Shown in pieces: positions 37,263 through 47,708 of a stretch of 63,805 nt of DNA. The stretch comes from Myxococcota bacterium. Lineage in GTDB: Bacteria > Myxococcota_A > Bradymonadia > Bradymonadales > GCA-2716585. Made by a program: the position numbers and the translations under genes. The stretch spans positions 1 to 63,805 of the forward strand of contig CAUJGC010000434.1 in assembly GCA_963169075.1 (NCBI GenBank), given 5' to 3'. The notes below the pieces were generated by a model. It saw only the letters and a program-made list of their open reading frames with translations. It made no database searches and was not told the origin of the DNA. The first letter of the stretch is position 1. The number at the start of each line of letters is the position of its first letter.

Positions 37263-40200
37263 ACGTCCGACCCATTCCCGCTCAACGACCGGCACACCAG
37301 CCCCTGACCGCAGTTGAGCGCCCAATCACCCCCCATGAAGTCCGGATAGCACGAGTCCCCATAGCCCAGCTGACCCACCACATCCAGCCGGAACTCCCCG
37401 AACTCCTCCGCCCGCGCCCCGTCCACCACCACCGCGTACACCCCCGGCTCCACGTCGCGCACCACCAGCGAGCGATCCGACCCAAAGGCCTCACGACCGA
37501 TCGCCTTGCACCACGGCTCCAGCAGCCCCTCCGCCTTGCCGCACTGCCCTGTCTGCATATCCACGCGAGAGAAGCTTAAAACCGCATCAAAATCAGTCAA
37601 ATCCTGCACAAGATCAATGCGAAGCTCATCCACCCGCCGCGGCACATAGAGCAACCGGAAGGCGTCGGCGCCGAAGCGCCCACCGCACGCAGCGGCGTAG
37701 GCGTCGGTGTTGTAGCGCGTGCTCCCGCTCAGCGTCAGCCAGGTCCCCTGGCGTATCCCGTCCGGCAGCGTCCGCACCACGCTCGACCAGAGCCCCGACG
37801 GCCCCATCTGCCACTGGAGCGCGCTCTGGCACGTGTCGTCGGCGTCGGCGTAGCAGCCGCCCACCCCGCCGAAGTCCACACAATCAGCGTTCAGCCCCGG
37901 GCAACGCACCGACGACGCGTTGTCGTGCAGCGCAGGATCGCACGCGCCACCCGGCGCCAGGAGGCCCCGCACCTGCATGTTCACATCGCCCGCCCCGGCG
38001 CCCTCCGCCACGATCCGCCACGTCGGATCGTCAAGCGCCGCCGGGCGCTCCCCCGAGGGCAGCGCCGCGCGCGCATGGTAGACGTCATCCTCAAAGCCGC
38101 TCCCACGCCCGTTATAGAACGCGCTCGTCCCACATGAAGCGCTCCGATCGCACGCCGGACCTGCGAAGAGCGCCACGCTGAAGGGGAGGCCGTCTTCGCC
38201 AGGCGCCAGCGCCTCCGCCGTCAGCCGCGCCAGCGGGTAGCCAGGATCGGGCGTCAGCGAGAGCACCACGTCCGGCCCCCCCTGCGCTGTGTCCGGGCAG
38301 ACCTCGCCAAGCTCCACCTGCTCCCCGTTCGTGGTGTGGATGCTGGCGGGCGCCGCCGCAGGCGCGCCTTGACACGCCAGCCGGGGGCTGTCGGCGCTCA
38401 CGCAGAAGCCCGCGTTGATCGCGCTCCCCGGGAGCGCACCGGGCGCGCAGCGCGCCCCCACGCCGTCGATCATCGCCCCGTTGGGCACCACCACGTCCGC
38501 CTCCAGCCGCATCAAACCGGGCTGCGCGCTGGGGTTGCTCACCTCCAGGATCATCGACATCCCCGGCAGCGTGTCGAAGCGCACCTCCTGACCGCCCGCG
38601 ACCATCCGCGGCCCGCTGTCCGGCAAGGGCGACGTGAAGGGGCCGCACGGACTCCCCGGGTCGTGGACGGTCACCGTCGTCATCGCCCCGGAGCCCGCCG
38701 TGGACACCCGCAGCGAGCCGCTCGTCGGCAGGCCGCTCAGCGTAAAGAAGAGCGAGCTGCCCCCGATCTGCCCCGTATAGGGCGAGCTCAGATCGAAGCC
38801 CTGCGCGGCGCCGATGGGCTGGTTGCACGCGCCGCTCACACCGCCTGCGACGCACATCCCGGCGTCGCACACCTGCCCCGTCGGGCAGCGCAGCCAGCGC
38901 GGGCCGCTGGCCTGACACGCCCCCCCGCTCGGCCACGTCCCGCTCACCGCCAGCCGCACCGTGTCGTCAAGACCCACCGAACCCCGCGTATCTACAACAA
39001 TATAATAACGCCCCGGCTGGAGGTTCGTCAGCCGGAGGTGGCTCGGCCCCTGCGGATCGGCGTCGTCGTCGCACATCATAGGCGTCCCCGTGAAGGTCGC
39101 CTCCTCCTCCCGCAGCACAAAGAGGACCGTGTCCAGCGGCTCCCCGTCGTCCTGCTCGCTGCCGCTGGTCGCCAGGTCCAGCGTCGCGATGGGCTCGCTG
39201 ACCTCCAGCACGAAGAGCGCGTCACGGCCTGAGGAGTCCGCGCCGCCGCAGCTCCCCAGGAAGCGATCCCCGCGCGTCCCAAGCGGCACCGTCACCACCC
39301 CCTCAAAGCCCGCCGAGCTCACCGCGCCCGGGATCAAGAAAGCATCCGGAGGCAGCGGCGTCGGGTCCACGCACCGCGCCCCTCCAGGCATCGGCACGCA
39401 CTCCAGCCCCGCAGGGCACGCCGCCCAGGGCTGCGAGACGATGCACCCCTGCCCCCACCCCAGCGCCGCGTCCAGCCGCACCAGGTGCCCCATCACCTCG
39501 CCGCCCACACGACCCACCGACACGCCCAGCCCCATCGCGCCAGCAGGCAGCGTGTAGGTCGTCTGGACCGTCCCGACGTTCCCCCCGACGCACGTCTCAC
39601 CCTGCCACAAGCAACCCGTATCGCCAGGATCCGCGTGCGCGACCAGCGTCGGGTTGAAGTCCAACCCCTGCGCCGTCACCTGCACCTCCGGCGGCGGCCC
39701 GGCGAACGAGCCGCTGAAGAGCTTCCGGTAGATCACCTCGTCCGTCACGCCAGGCACCGTGCTGCAGTAGCTCACGCGCTCCTCGACCCCGTGACCCTCG
39801 CTCAGGTGGAGCCCGTTGGTCGCCGTCGCGCTCGCGCCCAGCGACGTGTCCATCAAGAAGAGATCATCGCAGGTGCCCATCCCCTCGCCGTCACAGCTCA
39901 GATAGCCCGGAGGCGCCGTAAAGACGAGAAATGAGCAATCCCCGCCCACCGGGCGCGCCTCCACCCGAAGCTCCAGCACCTCGCCCTGGAGCGAGCCCGG
40001 CGGGAGATCCACCACCAGGTAGTAGCGCCCCTCCTGCACATCCTCCAGCCGCACCACCGCGCTCGCCGTCGGCAGCCCAGGCCCGCACGCCAGCACCGAG
40101 CTGTCATCCTCCTCGCAGCCTCCCGCCAGCAGGTAGAGCGACGCCTCCACCGTCGAACCCTCCACCGTCGCGTAGACCACCTCCATGTCCGCAGGGAGAT

Positions 40201-43200
40201 CCAGCTCAAAGCGAAGCTCCGGCCCCCCCGAAGCCGGCGAGCCGCCGCACGGCACATCGAACGTGTCCTCACCCGCAGGCAGACGATCCAGCTCGACGCG
40301 CACGAAACCCGAAGCGGGCAGCTCATAGTGTGGTGACGCGCACGGCGCCGGCGCATCCACCGTACACACAAAGCCGACACCCACATCCTGGCACGTCTCT
40401 CCAGCCGGGCACCGCATGAAGCCCAGCCCCGGATCACAAGCGCCTCGTGTGACCCACTCGCCGCTCACCTCCAGCTCAAACGCGCCCCCCGCTGCAGCTG
40501 TCCGGGAGTCTACGCCGATCAAAGCTCCGCTTCCGAAGAAGAGCGGTTGACTCTCCGAGAGGTAGACCGCCGCCCAGGACGACCCAAGCCAGGTCGCGTC
40601 CTGGCACTGACCATCACCCGCACAGAGATCCTGCCCGAACGGAACCACCGTCAAGAGCGGCTGAAACGCGTTGGAAGTCGCCACGATCCGCACAGACTCC
40701 ACATCCCCCTGGAGCGCCGGGAGCCGCAGCACGGCATCGTAGCCTGGCGTCTCTTCGTAGTTGCACATCGTCATCACGCCATCAAAGGTCTCCGTCACCC
40801 CGCTGTAAACACCGGTCATCGCGAAGCTCCCCCCCGGGATGGGCAGCGCCTCGGGGCAGGGCGCTACTTCGTCCGGCGCGCACCGGAAGACCCCAGCCAG
40901 CTCCTGGCAAGACTCCCCCTGCGGGCAGATCAGCCCGGGGAAGCCCGGGTCGCACACCGAGCCGTTCGAGAGCTGACCCAGCACCGACAGCTGCGCCGAG
41001 GTTGTCGTCGGGGTGGAAAGCTCAGATTCCAAAGCCACATAGACCACATCGCCGCCCGTGTAGCTCCCCGCGGCCCGCGGGCTCCCGACGCCCGCCGGCA
41101 TGCACGAGCCCCCGCCACACCCTGCAGCGTCACGGAAGACGTGCAGGTAGGGCGTGAAGAGCGCCGAGTCCACGACGAATTGAAGCTGCTGGATCGGCGC
41201 CGGGAAGGAGAACGCGAAGAGGCGATCCGGGCCGCTCATGCCCCCCTGCGCCGTGTTCCCTGCGCAGCTCAGCAGGTGCTGCGGCTCGTCCAGGCGGCTG
41301 ATCACGAGCGGCGCCAGATCGAACGGCGCCGCGTCGTCCAGGCACGACGGCGCAGGCGTCGCGCACGCGAACCCGCCCGCCGCGGCGGGCTCACACGACG
41401 CCTCCCCCGGGCAGCGGATGAAGCCCAGCGCCGGCTCGCACGCCCCGCCCTCCTCCCACTCACCGGACGCGGTGAAGGTGTAGCCGCCGCCGCCAGAAGC
41501 CGAGAGCGCGTCCACCACCACCACCAACCCCTGCGCCAGCTCCTGCTCCAACCCCCCCAGGGTGCCAGGATCCAGCGCCAGCACCGCCTCGCCTTCGGGC
41601 TGCTCGGCGCAGCTCTCCTGAAGCTCACAGCCCGTCAGCCCCCCCAGGAGCGTCAAGAGGGGCTGAAACGTCAAGCTGCTGGCGCCCAGCTCCAGGCGCG
41701 AGAGCGGCGCTGTGATCGGCGGCAGCCGCAGCGCCACGTCCTGCCCCGACGCAAGCGTGACCGTACCGTCACAGCGGGTGCTCGCCAGGCCGTTGTCCGG
41801 CGAGGTGCTCCCCGCGTAGAAGCCCATGACGGGGTCGAAGCCCGAGGGGAAGGCGCTGTCCACCAGCAGGTCGCCGCAGATCCGCTCCTCGGCATCCTGA
41901 AAGCGGCAGGTCCCCTGGTCGCACACCTGGCCGCCGGGGCAGGTGATGAAGGGGTGGTCCTCCTGGCAGCCGCCGTCCAGCGCCCACTCTCCGGTGACCT
42001 GGAGCGTCCCGGTCACGTCGCTGACCCGCGGGCTCTCCACCCGGAGGAAGAGCGGCGCGGCGCTCGGCGGGATCACGTTGAAGCTCACCGCAGCCCCGCC
42101 GTCCGACGCGGCGCGGCAGGCCCGCCCGAAGGGCAGGCCTTGATCCGTGTCGCCGTTGGCGCACTCCTGCACAAAGAGCATCAACGCCACGTCCGACGCC
42201 GGCGAGACGTCCACCACCTCCGCCGTCAGCGCGGAGATCGGGTGCGGCAGGGGCACCGCGAAGGTCACGTCGGCCCCGTCGCGGCCGCCCCCGCACGAGT
42301 TGATCTCCGAGACGAGGAAGCCGTCGCTGGTGTCCAGATAGATCGTCGTCTGGAGGGCCTCCACGTCCGCGAAGACCTGACACGGCGGGGTGATCACAGG
42401 GGTGCAGAGATCCCCCACGCCGTCGTTGTCGCTGTCGAGCTGCGCCGGGTCGGACACCTCCGGGCACACGTCGCAGACGTCCCCGAAGCCGTCCCCGTCT
42501 CCGTCCTCCTGGCCGGAGTCGGCGGCGTCGGGGCAGACGTCGCAGGCGTCCCCGATCCCGTCTCCGTCGCTGTCGGCTTGATCCAGGTCGTCCACCTGCG
42601 GGCACACGTCACACGCGTCGCCCACCGGGTCGCCGTCGCTGTTGGCCTGATCGGCGCTCGCCGCCAGCGCGCAGCTGTCGCACGCGTCTCCGAAGCCGTC
42701 CCCGTCGGCGTTGGCCTGATCGGTGTTGGGCACGCCCGGGCAGTTGTCCACGCCTTCGCACACCCCGTCCGCGTCCGCGTCTCCGCCCAACTCTTCACAA
42801 TTGTCTATATTTTCATCAACAATATATACAAATTTAGAGATCTCCAGCGCGGGATAGGCCAGCACCTGCACCTTCACCTCGACGCGCCCGGCGCGCTCGG
42901 GGCGGAGCACGACGCGCCCCGCCCCGTCGCCGTCCGTCCGCAGCCGACCGGGGGTCGTCAGCGTCAGCGGCGCCGCCCCCTCCTCCCCCGCGAGCCGCAC
43001 CTGGACCTCCGCCCCCGTCAGCGGCCGCCCACCCGCCCGCGCGCTCAGCCCAAGCGCCACCTCGGCGGACGCCCCAAGCGGCACGCGCACCTCGCCGGGC
43101 TCGTCCCACGTCAGGTCCGGCGCGTCGTCTGCGATGAAGGCCACCACCGGCACCCGGCGCTCCAGCCCGCTCGCCGCGTTGCGCAGGCGCAGCGACGCCT

Positions 43201-43858
43201 CCAGCCGGTTCGTCGGCGCCGCAGCCGCCGCCTCCGCGAAGGGGCCGCCCAGGATGCGCCCCTGGAGCGCCGCGCTCCCCGCGCCGACCAGCGCCCCCCC
43301 CGCAGGCGTCACCTCCAGCCACGGCGGGATCGAGCCCGCGTCCACCTGCCAGGTCACCGCGTCGCCCCGCAGGTTGCGCACGAGGTGGTTGCTCGTGTGC
43401 CGCCAGACCGGGAAGCTCGCCCCCGCAGGCTCCAGCGCGAGGCCCGGCGAGGACGCCTCCTCCAAGAGCAGCAGATCCGCCTGGATGTGCTCCCGGGGCC
43501 GCGTCAGCACCGTCGCCTCGCCGCCCTCAAAGCCCGGCAGCGCGCCGCGCACCCGGTAGAGCCGCTCGCCGCGCACCCCCTCCGTCAAGATGAAGCGGCC
43601 CGCTGCGTTGGTGCGGACCTCCTCGGTGGCGGGCTCCGTGGTGATCCGCACCCCGCGCAGCGGCGCGCCGGTCGCCGCGTCCAGCGCCGTCCCCTCGATC
43701 GCCGTCACGTCCTCCGGGATCGCGTCAGGCTCGGGCGAGACGGGGATCTCCACCTCCGGGACCACCGGCTCATCGCAGCCTGACAACACGAAGAGCGCCG
43801 CGCCGAGGGCGCAGAGCGAGGTCCAGAAAAGGTGTCGTCTCATCAGGTCGCTCATCAT
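37244..43858 (-). CDS. Giant modular secreted lipoprotein, 2204 aa: CarboxypepD_reg-like domain, thrombospondin type-3 repeats, then about 10 PPC-like beta-sandwich modules each capped by a Cys-rich knot
   Basis: Lipobox LFVLSGC. TSP3 Ca-binding repeats ([41 protein letters not shown]) at about 42400-42800. Recurring module ends such as SGEW..GGAC.P.LGF.RCP.GE.C......F.C, and PPC-like GRYY(I/L)VVD strands. The 3' end overlaps the convergent ABC gene by 19 nt. Confidence 0.85.
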   Translation of the reverse strand: MMSDLMRRHLFWTSLCALGAALFVLSGCDEPVVPEVEIPVSPEPDAIPEDVTAIEGTALDAATGAPLRGVRITTEPATEEVRTNAAGRFILTEGVRGERLYRVRGALPGFEGGEATVLTRPREHIQADLLLLEEASSPGLALEPAGASFPVWRHTSNHLVRNLRGDAVTWQVDAGSIPPWLEVTPAGGALVGAGSAALQGRILGGPFAEAAAAAPTNRLEASLRLRNAASGLERRVPVVAFIADDAPDLTWDEPGEVRVPLGASAEVALGLSARAGGRPLTGAEVQVRLAGEEGAAPLTLTTPGRLRTDGDGAGRVVLRPERAGRVEVKVQVLAYPALEISKFVYIVDENIDNCEELGGDADADGVCEGVDNCPGVPNTDQANADGDGFGDACDSCALAASADQANSDGDPVGDACDVCPQVDDLDQADSDGDGIGDACDVCPDAADSGQEDGDGDGFGDVCDVCPEVSDPAQLDSDNDGVGDLCTPVITPPCQVFADVEALQTTIYLDTSDGFLVSEINSCGGGRDGADVTFAVPLPHPISALTAEVVDVSPASDVALMLFVQECANGDTDQGLPFGRACRAASDGGAAVSFNVIPPSAAPLFLRVESPRVSDVTGTLQVTGEWALDGGCQEDHPFITCPGGQVCDQGTCRFQDAEERICGDLLVDSAFPSGFDPVMGFYAGSTSPDNGLASTRCDGTVTLASGQDVALRLPPITAPLSRLELGASSLTFQPLLTLLGGLTGCELQESCAEQPEGEAVLALDPGTLGGLEQELAQGLVVVVDALSASGGGGYTFTASGEWEEGGACEPALGFIRCPGEASCEPAAAGGFACATPAPSCLDDAAPFDLAPLVISRLDEPQHLLSCAGNTAQGGMSGPDRLFAFSFPAPIQQLQFVVDSALFTPYLHVFRDAAGCGGGSCMPAGVGSPRAAGSYTGGDVVYVALESELSTPTTTSAQLSVLGQLSNGSVCDPGFPGLICPQGESCQELAGVFRCAPDEVAPCPEALPIPGGSFAMTGVYSGVTETFDGVMTMCNYEETPGYDAVLRLPALQGDVESVRIVATSNAFQPLLTVVPFGQDLCAGDGQCQDATWLGSSWAAVYLSESQPLFFGSGALIGVDSRTAAAGGAFELEVSGEWVTRGACDPGLGFMRCPAGETCQDVGVGFVCTVDAPAPCASPHYELPASGFVRVELDRLPAGEDTFDVPCGGSPASGGPELRFELDLPADMEVVYATVEGSTVEASLYLLAGGCEEDDSSVLACGPGLPTASAVVRLEDVQEGRYYLVVDLPPGSLQGEVLELRVEARPVGGDCSFLVFTAPPGYLSCDGEGMGTCDDLFLMDTSLGASATATNGLHLSEGHGVEERVSYCSTVPGVTDEVIYRKLFSGSFAGPPPEVQVTAQGLDFNPTLVAHADPGDTGCLWQGETCVGGNVGTVQTTYTLPAGAMGLGVSVGRVGGEVMGHLVRLDAALGWGQGCIVSQPWAACPAGLECVPMPGGARCVDPTPLPPDAFLIPGAVSSAGFEGVVTVPLGTRGDRFLGSCGGADSSGRDALFVLEVSEPIATLDLATSGSEQDDGEPLDTVLFVLREEEATFTGTPMMCDDDADPQGPSHLRLTNLQPGRYYIVVDTRGSVGLDDTVRLAVSGTWPSGGACQASGPRWLRCPTGQVCDAGMCVAGGVSGACNQPIGAAQGFDLSSPYTGQIGGSSLFFTLSGLPTSGSLRVSTAGSGAMTTVTVHDPGSPCGPFTSPLPDSGPRMVAGGQEVRFDTLPGMSMILEVSNPSAQPGLMRLEADVVVPNGAMIDGVGARCAPGALPGSAINAGFCVSADSPRLACQGAPAAAPASIHTTNGEQVELGEVCPDTAQGGPDVVLSLTPDPGYPLARLTAEALAPGEDGLPFSVALFAGPACDRSASCGTSAFYNGRGSGFEDDVYHARAALPSGERPAALDDPTWRIVAEGAGAGDVNMQVRGLLAPGGACDPALHDNASSVRCPGLNADCVDFGGVGGCYADADDTCQSALQWQMGPSGLWSSVVRTLPDGIRQGTWLTLSGSTRYNTDAYAAACGGRFGADAFRLLYVPRRVDELRIDLVQDLTDFDAVLSFSRVDMQTGQCGKAEGLLEPWCKAIGREAFGSDRSLVVRDVEPGVYAVVVDGARAEEFGEFRLDVVGQLGYGDSCYPDFMGGDWALNCGQGLVCRSLSGNGSDVYCLSP

Positions 43859-43903
43859 CAGGATGTCCGGTCCAGGCCGCCCACGTCACAAGACGCCCAC
43901 ATC

Positions 43904-45169
43904 CTAACGAATCCGTCGCCGCTGCGCCAACCCCTTCTTCGCGTCCGCCTCCTCCAGCGGCTCGACCAGGTGCCGACGCCACCGCTCCCGATCCATCCGC
44001 TCGAACCACGCCGCCGCGCCCGCCGAGCCCGTCTGACGGCGCATCCAGTGCTCCCGCAGCGCCGTCGTGTCCAGGCCCAGCGTCCACGCGTCCAGCCGAC
44101 CCTCATCCACCCGGTGCAGGTCCACCTCGTAGCTCCACCCCGCGTCCTCGGGGCGGAAGTAGACCTGGCGCAGCGTCAGCCCCTCCGCCGTCACCCGGAA
44201 GAGCCGCAGCGAGGGGCGCCGCCCGAACTTCTCCGAGATCGGCGGCGCGTTCAGCAGGAGCGTCTGCCCCTCCGCGTAGAGCTCGTCCCGGTGGAAGTGC
44301 CCCGTCAGCTCCGCCTCCACCCCGTAGCGCGCCAGGAGCCCGCGCCACGCCTCACGCCGCGCGTCGTCCCACATCCGCCGCACCCCCTTGTGGGGCTCCC
44401 AGGAGGGGTAGAAGGGGATGTGGTGGAAGAGCACGATCCGACGCCCTCGCTGCTGCGCCGACGCCAGCACCTCCTCCAGCTTCGACCACTGCGCGTCCGC
44501 AAAGGCCGACGACACCGGCGAGCGACGCCGCGCGTTGAAGAGCTGCGAGTCCACCCCCACCAGCGTCAGCGGCCCCGCGTCAAACGCATAAGGCGTCACA
44601 TATTCAGGGAAATGTTTATTGAAAAAACGTATAGATCGATCGCTCGGGTCGAAGCCCTCGTCGTGGTTCCCCGGCACCACCCACACCGGCGCCTGCAGCG
44701 CGGCCAGCGCGCCCTTGAAGGCCAGCACCTCCCGCGGCGAGAAGGTGTCGGTCAGATCCCCGGTGATGATCACAAAGGCGGGCTGGGGCTCCAGCCGGTT
44801 GATCGCCGCCACCGACTCCTCAAACGCCCGCAGATCCCGACCGCGCCCGACATGGGTGTCCGAGAGCTGCACGAAGGTCAGCAGCGTCTCCCGGCCGTCC
44901 TCCGGCCACGCCGCCGCCGCCTCGCGCCCTACAAAGCGCAGCCCCTCCGGGGCCGTCGAGACCCGCCCCGGCACCTGCGGCGGCGCCTCGCGGGGCGGCA
45001 GCGGCGGCACCAGCGGCGACGGCGACGTCCGCGCCGGGGGCGCCCACCGCACCCCCGTCGTGTCCGCAGGAGACGCCACGCAGCCCAGCGCGCAGAGCAG
45101 CGCCCCGACGACGCCCAACCCCAGACGTCGCGCCTGCTCCCTGTAGGCGCTTGAGCCTCGCTCCACCAT
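43904..45169 (-). CDS. Calcineurin-like metallophosphoesterase; predicted lipoprotein, 421 aa
   Basis: Track ORF 43904..45655 trimmed to the ATG at 45169 (alternative ATG at 45223). Lipobox LLCALGC. Motifs LSDTHVG, ITGDLTD, PGNHD, LFHHIP and TGHFH. Confidence 0.8.
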   Translation of the reverse strand: MVERGSSAYREQARRLGLGVVGALLCALGCVASPADTTGVRWAPPARTSPSPLVPPLPPREAPPQVPGRVSTAPEGLRFVGREAAAAWPEDGRETLLTFVQLSDTHVGRGRDLRAFEESVAAINRLEPQPAFVIITGDLTDTFSPREVLAFKGALAALQAPVWVVPGNHDEGFDPSDRSIRFFNKHFPEYVTPYAFDAGPLTLVGVDSQLFNARRRSPVSSAFADAQWSKLEEVLASAQQRGRRIVLFHHIPFYPSWEPHKGVRRMWDDARREAWRGLLARYGVEAELTGHFHRDELYAEGQTLLLNAPPISEKFGRRPSLRLFRVTAEGLTLRQVYFRPEDAGWSYEVDLHRVDEGRLDAWTLGLDTTALREHWMRRQTGSAGAAAWFERMDRERWRRHLVEPLEEADAKKGLAQRRRIR

Positions 45170-45386
45170 CCGCCGCCGCCTGCACCACGCGCCGACACAC
45201 CAGCCGACGTGTCTGATCAGCATGACGAACTCGGCGGCGCAGTCAACATCCTGCCCCGCACGCTGACCCGACCCGCTGAACAACCAGGCTGAACACTTGC
45301 CAGGAAGCCGCTGCGGTGGCAAGGTGGCCGCCACGGCTTGACATCGCGTCGCCGCACCATAACCCACCACGCGCGGAGACCTTCCC

Positions 45387-45941
45387 ATGAGCACCGGAGA
45401 AGCCTGGGGCAACGCCCCCCAACCCCCGCCCTTCAACGCAGGCCCCCCCCCCGCCCCGGGCAGCTTCATCGCCATCGGCCCGCTCGCCATCGCCGCCATC
45501 GTCTTCGCCCTGATCAACATCATCGGCGCTGCCACGCAGACCGTCGGCATCGGCCTCGTGATCCGCGAGAACCCCGATATGGCCCTCTCGCTGGCCGCGG
45601 TCGGCTCGGTGTGGTGCGGCTGCGCCATGCTCCTCGACCTCCTCACCGGCCTCACCTACGCCTTCCTCTACAAGCGCAGCCAGCCGGTGGACCTGGCCCG
45701 CGGCGCCGCAGGCGGCGCCATCTCGGGCGCTGTCTCCCGCCTCATCTCCAGCCCCATCAACGGCGTCGTCGGCATCCTCATCACCCCGCTCATCTACGGC
45801 GCCGACTTCGCAGAGTCCGGCGCCATGGTCGCGGGCGGGATCATCGGCATCTTCACCAGCACCTGCCTCTGGCTCTTCGGCGGCGCCGCCATCGGCGCCA
45901 TCGGCGGCCTGCTCGGCGGCGTGTTCTTCGGGAAGAAGTAG
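45387..45941 (+). CDS. Small Gly-rich polytopic membrane protein with a Pro-rich N-terminus, 184 aa; hypothetical
   Basis: ATG with GGAGA upstream. Four predicted TM helices with GxxxG-type glycine zippers (GGAAIGAIGGLLGGVFFG). No family recognised. Confidence 0.6.
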   Translation: MSTGEAWGNAPQPPPFNAGPPPAPGSFIAIGPLAIAAIVFALINIIGAATQTVGIGLVIRENPDMALSLAAVGSVWCGCAMLLDLLTGLTYAFLYKRSQPVDLARGAAGGAISGAVSRLISSPINGVVGILITPLIYGADFAESGAMVAGGIIGIFTSTCLWLFGGAAIGAIGGLLGGVFFGKK

Positions 45942-46037
45942 GACCCGGCGAGGGGGGCTGGACCCTCCTCCTGCCGTGCGCTAGACTCCGCCGCTGGGAG
46001 GCGGGCGGCTTCCGGCGTGGCACGAGCGAGGTAGGAT

Positions 46038-47624
46038 ATGCAGAAGCGCGTGGTGGTGGTGTGGGGGATCGTCCTGGCGGCGCTGGGGCTGGCGGCGTGC
46101 GTCGCAGAGTACGGCCAGGGGCAGGCGCGCGGCGAGGACTGCCGCGCGTCGGTCGAGTGCGCCGCTGGCCTGATCTGCCTGGATCAGCGCTGCGTCCCCC
46201 CCGAGACCCTCACCTCACCCACCCCCCAGCCCCCCGGCCAGGCCGACCCCATCACCACCCCCGAGGAGCGCCCCCCCTTCCCCGGCATCCCCGGCGCGGA
46301 GGACACCGGCGGGCCGCCACCAGCGGACGTCGGCCCCGACGACGACGCCGACATCACCGCCGACGCCGACCTCCCCGACACCGGCCCCCTCTGCACCCCC
46401 GGCGAGCTGAGCTGCGAGAGCAACACCGTCTTCCGCGTCTGCCGCGACGACGGCGCCTCCTTCGAGCGCCAGACCTGCGCCCAGGGCACCGTCTGCGTCG
46501 AAGGGCGCTGCATCGCCTCCAGCGGGTGCTTCGACCGCGACGGCGACGGCTTCGCCGCCGGGAGCCTCTGCGTCGGCACCCAGGACTGCAACGACTCCAA
46601 CCCCGAGGTCTACCCCGGCGCACCCGAGGCCTGCGACGCCCTCGACAACGACTGCGACGGCGCCACCGACGAGGCCCTCACCCTCGCCTGCTCCTTCGGG
46701 TGCGGCCAGGGCGCCCAGACCTGCCGCGACGGCCTCTTCGGCCCCTGCGACGCCCCCCAGCCTCAGCCCGAGATCTGCAACAACGGCCTCGACGACGACT
46801 GCGACGGACAGATCGACGACGGCTGCGGCATGTGCTGCACCCCGGGCTCCTGCGGCGTCGGCGCCCTCTGCGTGGACTGCGCCTGCCAGGAGGCACCCCG
46901 GGACTTCTGCCGCTTCCAGAACCAGCCCTGCGATCCCAACATCGCAGGCGGCGACGGCACCTTCTTCTGCCTCTCCTTCTCCGAGTTCGGAGACCAGGGC
47001 ATCTGCGTCGGCCTCTGCGACACCTCCGCACCCGACCCCGAGGCCACCTGCCCCGCCCCCAGCTCCACCTGCGTCTTCGGAGACGACGTCCAGGGCATCT
47101 GCCTCGACCGCTGCGACGCCGCCACCCAGACCGGCTGCTTCGAGGGTCAGGGCTGCCTCGCCGTCGGCGCCGGCGCCTGCGTCCCCGCCGGCCCCATCCC
47201 CGAGGGCGGCCTCTGCGACACCAACCAGGGCCCCTTCAACCAGTGCACCCCCGGCGCCGCCTGCATCGACCTCGACGGCAACCAGAGCACCTGCGAGCGC
47301 CTCTGCAACCCCAGCGCCGCCTTCAACGGGCGACCCTCCGGCTGCGACGACGACCAGGGCTGCTTCCCCTTCTCCCAGGACACCGGCATCTGTGTCCCGC
47401 GCCTCGACCTCAACCCCGGAGACACCTGCTCCCGCTTCCAGGCCGACTCCGCCCTCGGCCTCTGCCGCGGCGAGAGCCTCTGCACGCGGCTCGGGCAGGG
47501 ACGCTTCGGCTGCGCTGACCTCTGCCGGCTCGATCAGGGCAACGCCGACTGCGCGGGCGGCACCCGCTGCCGCCAGAGCGACGCCTTCGACCCCGCGTCG
47601 GGCTTCGGCGTATGCAGAAATTAA
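46038..47624 (+). CDS. Secreted Cys-rich lipoprotein with a MopE-like 'putative metal-binding' motif, 528 aa
   Basis: GAGGTAGGA upstream of the ATG. Lipobox LGLAAC. DRDGDGFAAGSLCVGTQDCNDSNPEVYPGAPEACDALDNDCDGATDE matches the motif common in myxobacterial secreted proteins. Many further Cys-spaced repeats. Confidence 0.8.
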   Translation: MQKRVVVVWGIVLAALGLAACVAEYGQGQARGEDCRASVECAAGLICLDQRCVPPETLTSPTPQPPGQADPITTPEERPPFPGIPGAEDTGGPPPADVGPDDDADITADADLPDTGPLCTPGELSCESNTVFRVCRDDGASFERQTCAQGTVCVEGRCIASSGCFDRDGDGFAAGSLCVGTQDCNDSNPEVYPGAPEACDALDNDCDGATDEALTLACSFGCGQGAQTCRDGLFGPCDAPQPQPEICNNGLDDDCDGQIDDGCGMCCTPGSCGVGALCVDCACQEAPRDFCRFQNQPCDPNIAGGDGTFFCLSFSEFGDQGICVGLCDTSAPDPEATCPAPSSTCVFGDDVQGICLDRCDAATQTGCFEGQGCLAVGAGACVPAGPIPEGGLCDTNQGPFNQCTPGAACIDLDGNQSTCERLCNPSAAFNGRPSGCDDDQGCFPFSQDTGICVPRLDLNPGDTCSRFQADSALGLCRGESLCTRLGQGRFGCADLCRLDQGNADCAGGTRCRQSDAFDPASGFGVCRN

Positions 47625-47708
47625 TCTTTATTTAAATTTAATTTGATATAAATATACATGAAATAACGCGCGCGCGCGCCGTCCGCGCGCGCACTGCCCC
47701 AAGCACGC
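47625..47708 (+). promoter_or_regulatory. AT-rich tract followed by an alternating (CG)n palindrome in the uvrD upstream intergenic region
   Basis: About 45 nt of almost pure A/T (TCTTTATTTAAATTTAATTTGATATAAATATACATGAAATAA), then CGCGCGCGCGCCGTCCGCGCGCGC, which can form a hairpin or Z-DNA. It lies directly between the upstream TAA stop and the uvrD ATG. The promoter role is inferred from position only. Confidence 0.35.

Noticed and set aside
40547-43783. 1078-aa plus-strand ORF
   Set aside because: It is antisense to the 2204-aa lipoprotein gene, which has TSP3 repeats and repeated modules. Its R/H/P/A-rich translation has no recognisable features.
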